Of a stretch of DNA of 43,196 nt, positions 36,531 through 43,196 are shown in pieces. The position numbers and the translations under genes are program-made. The stretch spans positions 396,275 to 439,470 of the forward strand of contig JBNAUL010000002.1 of NCBI GenBank assembly GCA_049700835.1. Direction: 5' to 3'. The notes beneath the pieces were generated by a model. It was not told the DNA's origin. It saw only the letters and a program-made list of their open reading frames with translations, and did not search any database. The DNA is from Candidatus Woesearchaeota archaeon (GTDB taxonomy: Archaea > Nanobdellota > Nanobdellia > Woesearchaeales > WAPY01). Numbering within the stretch: the stretch's first letter is position 1; each line of letters opens with the position of its first letter.

Positions 36531-36980
36531 TCAGTAGAGGGATATATCCTCGTCGCTCTCCTCTTCTTCTTCCTCAGGCTCTTCGCTCTCTTCCTTCTTT
36601 GCTTCCTTTGACTTTGACCTGTAGACCTCAGCTGCCTGAGGGGTTGCCACTATGTAATCCTCTCCTATCCCTGCAATATCCCCATTTATTGCATCAACTA
36701 CCTTCTTTATCTTGTTTATTGAGCGCTTCAATTCAATCATGTCCTTTTCTTTTAATGGTTTTATATGAACTATTGCTATCGTGTTTCCCTCTCTTAAAGA
36801 ATCTATTATCGGCTTAACATCAGTGAAATCCGTTAGCGAGAAATTCCTTACAATCAACTTCTTGCCTTTTGCTTCAATATCTGAAGTGTCAAGTTCAACA
36901 TACTCTTTTTCTGCCTCTTCAAACATTTCATCGTCTTCGCTTACTCTTCTCCTCTTGAATATCGAAAAGAAGTTTTTCAT
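36531..36980 (-). CDS. sepF: Cell division protein SepF
   Basis: EYVELD, IIDSLREGNTIAIVHIKPL, ELKRSINKIKK, GDIAGIGEDYIVATP; amphipathic N-terminal helix; GGAGGT SD; acidic C-tail. Confidence 0.9.
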   Translation of the reverse strand: MKNFFSIFKRRRVSEDDEMFEEAEKEYVELDTSDIEAKGKKLIVRNFSLTDFTDVKPIIDSLREGNTIAIVHIKPLKEKDMIELKRSINKIKKVVDAINGDIAGIGEDYIVATPQAAEVYRSKSKEAKKEESEEPEEEEEESDEDISLY

Positions 36981-37105
36981 TTTTTAACCTCCGCTTTCTT
37001 GATTAAGAGTTTTATCCTAAAACCTCAATATAACCATTTGGTTTATTAAGGAATATTTAAAACTTGCGATTAATTTTAAAAATAAGTCGTGAAAATTGCT
37101 TTGAA

Positions 37106-37888
37106 CTAATCAACGATTACTGATTTCGGCCTCTTTCTTGAGGTCTCATAAACAAAGTAAATTATTATTAAGAGCATTACTACCAAAGGAGCAATGAGCC
37201 AATCTCTTGAATTCTTTCTTGTTTGTTTTGCATTTTCAATTCCTGTCTTGTTTTGTGCAGTTTTGTTTGCTTCGTTTGCTTTGTTTGCTCTTTCTCTGTT
37301 CTCCGATGCTTGCTCTTTTTTGTCATCGAGAACAATTTTGTAAGGGCTCTCTTTTAAAACTATGAGGATACTCTTCAAGGAACTCATTTCTGCCTTGAAA
37401 TAATGAAAGTGCTCATCTTTGGAATACTCTGTTGTTTCCTGCTCTTCAACATTCTTCCTGTCAAAGAGAAGCAGTGCTATGCTGCTCTGCCCTGATTTGC
37501 TTTTATTTTCTATAAATTCGTTCTTAACCTTGAAATAGAATTCTGTTCTGCTCAGAGCGCTTTCAGGAATGTTGTGAGTAATGTTCAAAAACGAATAAAT
37601 CTTAATGCCCAAAGCAGAGAGGTTCTCAAAGATACTATAATTGTGTGACTCTTCAATGCTTATCCTTGCATTTGTGATACTTTTGTTCATGTGCAAATCA
37701 AATCTTGTTATGCTGAAGTTTTCTGTCAACTGATGCTTTGGAATTTCTGTTGTTGAAACCCCTTCCATCAGCAAATCCCATTCCCTGAAAAAACTCTTTG
37801 TTCTGTTCTGAGCAAATCCGTTCTGAGAAAAAAACAGCAAGAATAATGCCAATTCAATAAATCCTAAAAATTCTTTTACCGTGCTCAT
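37106..37888 (-). CDS. PGF-pre-PGF-like domain surface protein with C-terminal TM anchor
   Basis: Signal peptide; IYSFLNIT...EFYFKVKNEFIE...YFKAEMSSLKSILI resembles the PGF-pre-PGF domain; polar linker, TM and basic tail. Confidence 0.65.
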   Translation of the reverse strand: MSTVKEFLGFIELALFLLFFSQNGFAQNRTKSFFREWDLLMEGVSTTEIPKHQLTENFSITRFDLHMNKSITNARISIEESHNYSIFENLSALGIKIYSFLNITHNIPESALSRTEFYFKVKNEFIENKSKSGQSSIALLLFDRKNVEEQETTEYSKDEHFHYFKAEMSSLKSILIVLKESPYKIVLDDKKEQASENRERANKANEANKTAQNKTGIENAKQTRKNSRDWLIAPLVVMLLIIIYFVYETSRKRPKSVIVD

Positions 37889-37998
37889 AAAAACTCTTGT
37901 TTTTTAAAAATTTTGTTTATTTATAAAATTTATCAAAAATCTTTCTAAAACAAGGAAAGAGCAAAAAAGATTTAAACAAAACAAGATATTTAAATTTT

Positions 37999-38925
37999 AT
38001 GGACAAAAATAGCCCTGTTGAGGATGCATTGGAGTTTAAAAAGTTCAAACCATTGAAGTTATGTTCTTCGTGCAAGAGAATAGGCTATAAGAACAGATGG
38101 TTTAAGCCAGATAAAGAACTCTTTTTAAGCATTTTAGCCAATAATTTAAAAAACCCGAAGGATGCAAAGAGTATAAGGATAGAGGATGTTTTTGCAGAGA
38201 AAAAAAGGTTCACAATAATATTTTCATTCAAAAAACAGGACTTTGTTGCTGAAATTCCTGCAACCACAGTTCTTTGCAAGGAATGCTCTGCAAAAAAATC
38301 AAGGGCCTACAGCGGGATACTTCAGATAAGAAACATAAATGAAAATGATTTTGAAGAGATAAACAGATTTGTAATGAAGACAATTGAATCTGAAAAAGGG
38401 GTTGCAACAAAGATTGAAAGATTGAACCATGGGATTGATTACTACATAAATTCAATGAAAACATTGAAGAAAGCAGGTTACAAAGTCGTGAGGAAGTTCG
38501 GTGGAGCAATAAGTTTCAATGAAAAAATTTTCACAAGGGACTCTTTGAAGAGCAAGGATGTTTATAGGGTTAATGTCCTTGTTAAACTTCCTGAATTTAA
38601 GATAGGGGATTTGGTGAGCAATGACAATGAAATAGTACTGTTAACAGGGCACAAAAAGAAGCTGAGCGGCATAAACATAATGAACAACAGAATGGTCATT
38701 TTAGATGAAAAAAAGATTAAAAACCTGAAAATAGAAGAGCCAAAAAGAGCAGTCGTTGTAAGAACATACCCGAGGATAGAGGTTCTTGACCCTGAAACAT
38801 TTGAGAGCGTTCCAATAGCGAATGAAGAATTCTTAAAGAGCAAAAACAAAAAGGTAAATATCAATGATGAAATCTTGGTAGTAATTAAGAACCAACTGGC
38901 TTATTTTTGTGACAAAGTTTCTTAA
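37999..38925 (+). CDS. nmd3: NMD3 family ribosome biogenesis protein
   Basis: LCSSC..W, LCKECS...YSGILQIR, GIDYYI..., FGG, TRD..KSKDVYRVNVLVKLP, C-terminal VLDPETFE OB-like region. Confidence 0.88.
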   Translation: MDKNSPVEDALEFKKFKPLKLCSSCKRIGYKNRWFKPDKELFLSILANNLKNPKDAKSIRIEDVFAEKKRFTIIFSFKKQDFVAEIPATTVLCKECSAKKSRAYSGILQIRNINENDFEEINRFVMKTIESEKGVATKIERLNHGIDYYINSMKTLKKAGYKVVRKFGGAISFNEKIFTRDSLKSKDVYRVNVLVKLPEFKIGDLVSNDNEIVLLTGHKKKLSGINIMNNRMVILDEKKIKNLKIEEPKRAVVVRTYPRIEVLDPETFESVPIANEEFLKSKNKKVNINDEILVVIKNQLAYFCDKVS

Positions 38926-39099
38926 GCGTTAATTGAAAAGAAGCAAATGAAAAATAAGACAAGAAAAAAGAAAAAGGCAAAAAAAGATTAAAAATAAACA
39001 AATGCAAAACAAATAAAGAATGAACAGATAAGAAATAATAAAAAATAAAATAAAAAATAGAAATAATAAACAAATAATAAGAAATAAAGACAAGCGCTG

Positions 39100-39741
39100 A
39101 TGAAAATGGCATTAAAAAAAATTAAAGAGTATGAGAATAATATTAAAGAAATCAAGAGAAAAGTCCTGCACATATTAATAGGAGTTGCTCTTTTATTTCT
39201 TTTGAATTACAAAGTTGTAAATGCTCTAATTATATTTTTGGTTATTATAATTTCAAGCATAGTGTCTTATTTGAGCAAGAGCTTCAAGATTCCTCTTGTG
39301 AGTTGGTTTCTAAAAAATTTTGAAAGGGAAAAAGAACTTAAGAGAATCCCAGGAAGGGGTTTCATAACATTCTTGATAGGAGTTTTGCTTGCAATAAAGC
39401 TATTTCCGCAGGAGATTGCTCTTGCTTCAATAACAATATTAATATTTGGAGACTCTCTTTCAGCAATATATGGGTCATTTAAAGGAAAGAAAAAAATTTT
39501 GTGGAACAAAAATAAAAATTTAGAAGGAAATATTTTTGGAGCAATAATCTCTGGATTGTGCGCAGCATTGTTCATTCCATTGGCAAGCGCTTTCATAACA
39601 TCATTTTCAGCGATGATTTTTGAGAGCTTTGAAATGAAGATGAATGAGGAAATAATTGACGACAACATTATAGTTCCGTTGGTTGCAGGAACAGTTGCAC
39701 TCCTCATAAAGTACTATGCTCCTTGGATAAACATAATTTAA
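39100..39741 (+). CDS. SEC59/DGK1/VTE5-like polyprenol (dolichol/phytol) kinase
   Basis: EIKRKVLHI, FGDSLSAIYG, KNLEG, IDDNIIVPL; multi-TM. Confidence 0.88.
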   Translation: MKMALKKIKEYENNIKEIKRKVLHILIGVALLFLLNYKVVNALIIFLVIIISSIVSYLSKSFKIPLVSWFLKNFEREKELKRIPGRGFITFLIGVLLAIKLFPQEIALASITILIFGDSLSAIYGSFKGKKKILWNKNKNLEGNIFGAIISGLCAALFIPLASAFITSFSAMIFESFEMKMNEEIIDDNIIVPLVAGTVALLIKYYAPWINII

Positions 39742-39784
39742 AGTTAAAAAAATCAAAAGATTTTTAATCAAAAATAAAATCCAA

Positions 39785-40273
39785 ATGGAGATTATGGCTA
39801 ATCTAAAAGAAATAATAATTGCTTCACTGCTTTCAGTTTTTCCAATATCTGAAATCAGAGGAGGAATTCCCTATGCAGTATACCAAAAGATTCCGCAAAT
39901 AATTGTTCTGCTTGTGATATTGAATATCTTGGTTGCACCTCTTGTATTCTTCTTTCTTGACAGTTTCAACAACCTGCTCTTGAGAATAAAAACTTACGAG
40001 AGGTTTTTCAAATCAACTGTTGAGAGAACAAGAAAAAAACTTCATAAGAAAATAGAAAGATACGGCTATTTGGGATTAACAATCTTTGTTGGAATACCCC
40101 TCCCTTTCACAGGCGCTTATACAGGAGCATTAGGGGCTTGGATTTTTGGAATGAATAGAAAAAAGGCGTTTCTTGCAATAGCATTGGGAGTTATAATTGC
40201 AAGCATAATAACAACAATCGTTGTTGTCTTTGGAATAAAAACACTGAGCATATTCGCAAAGAGTTTTGCTTAG
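39785..40273 (+). CDS. Putative small multidrug export protein (COG2426)
   Basis: PISEIRGGIP, YGYLGLTIFVGIPLPFTGAYTGAL. Confidence 0.9.
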   Translation: MEIMANLKEIIIASLLSVFPISEIRGGIPYAVYQKIPQIIVLLVILNILVAPLVFFFLDSFNNLLLRIKTYERFFKSTVERTRKKLHKKIERYGYLGLTIFVGIPLPFTGAYTGALGAWIFGMNRKKAFLAIALGVIIASIITTIVVVFGIKTLSIFAKSFA

Positions 40274-40342
40274 GCACTGCAATATTCTGCAAGTTTAATC
40301 TTGCTGAAAAGTTAAATAACCTTGGGATAACCTTTAAAGGTT

Positions 40343-41827
40343 TCACTTATTTGAAAACTCAAAGCAATTGAATTTTAAAACCTTGTCTTTCAGGAAATCA
40401 GAATTTATAACATTTGATATGAAATCATTTATGCTTCTAATTCTTCTATTTTCAACAGCAAATACAAAACCTTTTTTCTCAAAGGTTTTTTTATGTTTTT
40501 TCTTGAAATCAACCCCTGCCTGCTTGAACTTGAGGTTAGGCCCTTTTATTATTTTCTCTTTACTCAAAATCGGGTTCTTGACAATGAAATAAAAAACTCC
40601 TGGCTCTTCAATGTTCTTGTTCCAATAGAAGCCCTTTTCTTCAATAACAAAATCATTTCTTTTGAGTTCTGCTGAAATAAAATCATAGGCCTTCAAAAGT
40701 TTGCACCCAGCAACATCAATGCTCTTTTTTAAAGGCGATGCTTTAATCATTAACAAATATTTTTTGTTTCTGAGCGCTCTTTCCAAAATCTTGCTTTCAT
40801 CAAAAACTTTTGCTATGAAAAAATCCTTTGACGGTTTTTCCAAGAAAGCACTTGATGCTTTCAAGAAAATATTGAAATTTTCATATGACAAAGAAGCAGC
40901 AGCATTTCTTAAAGGGTCTATTGGATCAATAACTACCAATGGTCCTTGGATTTTTGACTTGTTAAGAACAAAGAGTGCTTTTCCCTTATGATGATTATTG
41001 ACATCAATTATTATTTTTTCATCATTATTAAACTTTTCCATCCAATAATTCGCTGCTGTTTTTAAGACATTGATGAAAGAATCATAATAAACTGAAATTA
41101 TGTCAATCACATGCCCTGAGAAACCATTTATGAAAGATTCTGCTCCATAAATGTTTTGCGCCTTGCAAAAGAGTTTTAATAATCGAACACAATCCCTTAT
41201 TTCATTATTGGCACGCTTATTAAACCAATCAACATGCAAAGGGCTGTAATCCATTATGTTCAATGCTTGTTTTAAACTTTTAATTTTCAAAACAGGAATA
41301 ACCTCAAAATTAACTCTATCAAAAGCGAATTGAAAATAATCCCTTGAACCATGAACTCTTTTAGGCTTGAAATCTGAAAGAACCATTTCCAAAATATTTG
41401 AAAGCTCCTTTTCCTTTTTCTTGAAATCGCTGTAATTAAACCTTACAAAGACATCGCAATCAAAATCGTTCTTTAAAAAAACATTCTTTGCAACAGAACC
41501 TCCAAGAACAACATCTGCTCTTATTTTCTTATGATCTAAATTATTGCTAATTTGCTTAATAACAAAATCAGCAATCTCTAGAATTTTTTTGTTAGGCTTA
41601 TTTTCTTCTAAAACAGATTTAAGTATTTCATTGTATTTTTTGTTATTATACTTCTTTTCATCATATTTCTTTTTATTCTGCTTCTTAAAATTATTGTTAT
41701 TTTGTTGAGATGTCCTTGGACTTAAAATTCTTTTTTTATTTGTACTTTTTTTATTTGTATAGTTATTTTTATCATCATTAGTATTGCCTTTCTTTATGCT
41801 AACCTTTTTTGAGTTTTTTCTTTGCAT
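40343..41827 (-). CDS. cca: Archaeal class I CCA-adding enzyme
   Basis: GGSVAKNVFLKNDFDCDVF (GS + DxD), EVIP, DYSPLH, YGAE..GFSG, VVIDPIDPLRNAAASL; ~60-aa K/N-rich N-extension. Confidence 0.92.
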   Translation of the reverse strand: MQRKNSKKVSIKKGNTNDDKNNYTNKKSTNKKRILSPRTSQQNNNNFKKQNKKKYDEKKYNNKKYNEILKSVLEENKPNKKILEIADFVIKQISNNLDHKKIRADVVLGGSVAKNVFLKNDFDCDVFVRFNYSDFKKKEKELSNILEMVLSDFKPKRVHGSRDYFQFAFDRVNFEVIPVLKIKSLKQALNIMDYSPLHVDWFNKRANNEIRDCVRLLKLFCKAQNIYGAESFINGFSGHVIDIISVYYDSFINVLKTAANYWMEKFNNDEKIIIDVNNHHKGKALFVLNKSKIQGPLVVIDPIDPLRNAAASLSYENFNIFLKASSAFLEKPSKDFFIAKVFDESKILERALRNKKYLLMIKASPLKKSIDVAGCKLLKAYDFISAELKRNDFVIEEKGFYWNKNIEEPGVFYFIVKNPILSKEKIIKGPNLKFKQAGVDFKKKHKKTFEKKGFVFAVENRRIRSINDFISNVINSDFLKDKVLKFNCFEFSNK

Positions 41828-42229
41828 ACTTAACTGCTAATAAGAAAGATTATAAAAATCTTATTAAAAAATAAAAAACATGTAATAAAAATCCTGTAAA
41901 AAAACAAGAGCAGTAATAAAATTCAAAAAAAGAAGAAAAAATAGGAAGAGGATTATAGAAAGAGGATCAATTTAGTAAAAGAAAATACAAAAAAGAATAA
42001 AAAACCAAATCAAAAATAAAATAAAAAAGGAACAATGCAATAAAAAAGTACAAGAAGATAAAAATTAAAGGTTAAAATCAAAATAAAAAATAAAGCGAAT
42101 AGTTATCAATAAAAACTCATAAAAATTTTAGAAACCTGTTTATTTTAGTTAAATAGTTGGAAACATAAAAAAAATGTATAAATGCAAAACTTCTAAAAAC
42201 AAAACACTTTGATTAATTCTCAAATTTTA

Positions 42230-42733
42230 TTATGGTTTTTCAACATAAATCTTCTTGCCAACTCCTTTCAAAATATAATCATCATTATTCTTAAAGCATT
42301 GAAGTTCATTGCTGACTATTTTATCAAAGTAAAAACTATAAGCAATTCTGTTCTGTTTTGAAATCAAAAAAACAGTTGGTTTGGAATCAACATTTGCTTT
42401 TAAAACCTCGTTTTGAATTAAGGTTTGAAGCAATTCATCGCCAGGAGCAGTTGGATTTCCACTCAAAAAACAAAGCAAATCATAACTAGAAGGAAGTTTT
42501 GCTTTAAAAGTATCCGATTCTCCAGCAGAAATGCTTTTTATTTGGTTTTCAAGCAATGTTTTGAATTTTGCAAACTCAAGGTTTTCATTTGCTTCTTTTA
42601 ATTTAGCAATATATTTGTAACCCAAAATAAGCGTTAATGAAATAACCAAAGCAACAAAAATGAAGATAAAAACTTGACTAACAGCTGTTTGCGCTCTTGT
42701 TTGAATTATTGTTTGCAATTTTGTATTCCTCAT
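42230..42733 (-). CDS. Type IV pilin-like protein (class III signal peptide)
   Basis: ATG 42733 after GAGGTG; RA|QTAVSQVFIFIFVALVISLTLILGY = basic residue + A/G + Q followed by a hydrophobic helix; Cys pair in the globular part. Confidence 0.6.
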   Translation of the reverse strand: MRNTKLQTIIQTRAQTAVSQVFIFIFVALVISLTLILGYKYIAKLKEANENLEFAKFKTLLENQIKSISAGESDTFKAKLPSSYDLLCFLSGNPTAPGDELLQTLIQNEVLKANVDSKPTVFLISKQNRIAYSFYFDKIVSNELQCFKNNDDYILKGVGKKIYVEKP

Positions 42734-42929
42734 TAAAAACACCTCTCAAAAACTTAAAAACTAAAAATGCTTAAAACAAAAGAAAATAAAAAGTTTTCTG
42801 TTTTTAATTTTACTCTGCATCTATTACCAGGTTTCCATTTTCATCATAAAAATAAGCAGCATACCTTTGAGAGGTTGTTACACTTGAACTATGAGTTGGA
42901 GTTGGATAAGTACTATAACACTTCATAGT

Positions 42930-43196
42930 TCATTTTATATAACAACAAACTCCTCCATCAGGACAATAACCATTATAATAAAGAGTAGCTTCATAAAAAA
43001 TCCAACAAACAGGAGAATAATAGGAATAACTACTATTACAAGAATCAACACAACTTGGATGCTCAAGATAAGGAAGCTGAATACATTCCCAGCTATTACT
43101 ATAATTATCTATATAACAATAAGGATAATAAAAAAGAATAATAATATTTTCACACCTTATGCAATCCTTAGGACAATTAGCAGGAGTTTCTCCACT
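42930..43196 (-). CDS. 3' end of a Cys/Tyr-rich extracellular protein (5'-truncated; absent from the ORF track)
   Basis: Manual translation: SGETPANCPKDCIRCENIIILFYYPYCYIDNYSNSWECIQLPYLEHPSCVDSCNSSYSYYSPVCWIFYEATLYYNGYCPDGGVCCYIK* (TGA 42930-42932). GETxxNCPxDC is a common Cys-repeat motif of secreted proteins. Confidence 0.75.
   Translation of the reverse strand, partial: SGETPANCPKDCIRCENIIILFYYPYCYIDNYSNSWECIQLPYLEHPSCVDSCNSSYSYYSPVCWIFYEATLYYNGYCPDGGVCCYIK

Noticed and set aside
693..40991. Numerous 60-200-aa ORFs antisense to or nested in long genes (e.g. 2850..3254, 9237..9704, 16557..16988, 23583..24179, 39267..39707)
   Set aside because: They are shadows of motif-bearing genes on the other strand or frame; F/S/L-rich translations, no motifs or start signals.
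42930..42932. Genome-wide TGA recoding (code 4/25) or selenocysteine
   Set aside because: TGA terminates several well-defined genes here (667..2199, 26129..26659, sepF, cca), no other gene has internal TGA, and no SECIS-like hairpin is evident.

Overview
AT-rich archaeal chromosomal window. Gene content (Hef, NucS, archaeal class I CCA enzyme, NMD3, SepF, TATA/BRE promoters, many orphan membrane and surface proteins) suggests a DPANN/Nanobdellota, Woesearchaeota-like genome; this is inference, no marker phylogeny was run. Positions 1-13 kb hold two type IV pilus/Tad-like motor modules: a 510-aa ATPase with two separate T2SS-F (TadB/TadC-like) genes, and a 766-aa Cys-motif ATPase divergent from a fused 717-aa T2SS-F gene. 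Coiled-coil genes, a methyltransferase and a DNRLRE-domain surface gene (with a 100-N scaffold gap) lie between them. Next come tRNA-Gly(TCC), lemA-htpX, hef, one intact and one degenerate site-2 protease, a TraB-family gene, three tandem paralogous 5-TM proteins, a PIG-L deacetylase, an HTH regulator, nucS and an FKBP. Positions 27.4-35.9 kb are a minus-strand surface-protein block: a 1.35-kaa DNRLRE/MopE-repeat/NBR1-Ig adhesin, a glycosylated Ig-repeat protein, and two tandem genes with a 962-bp identical core but different N-termini, behind a ~350-nt structured leader. The window ends with sepF, a PGF-pre-PGF protein, nmd3, a SEC59-like kinase, a COG2426 protein, cca, a pilin-like gene and a truncated Cys/Tyr-rich ORF (missed by the ORF track) with extreme NNT codon bias and an in-frame TGA. 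No CRISPR array, transposase, integrase or reverse transcriptase is visible. Best candidates for an undescribed system: the twin secreted genes (possible donor-strand filament or homogenised cassettes), the DGR-like hypervariable ORF at the right edge, the dual pilus locus and the triplicated membrane protein.
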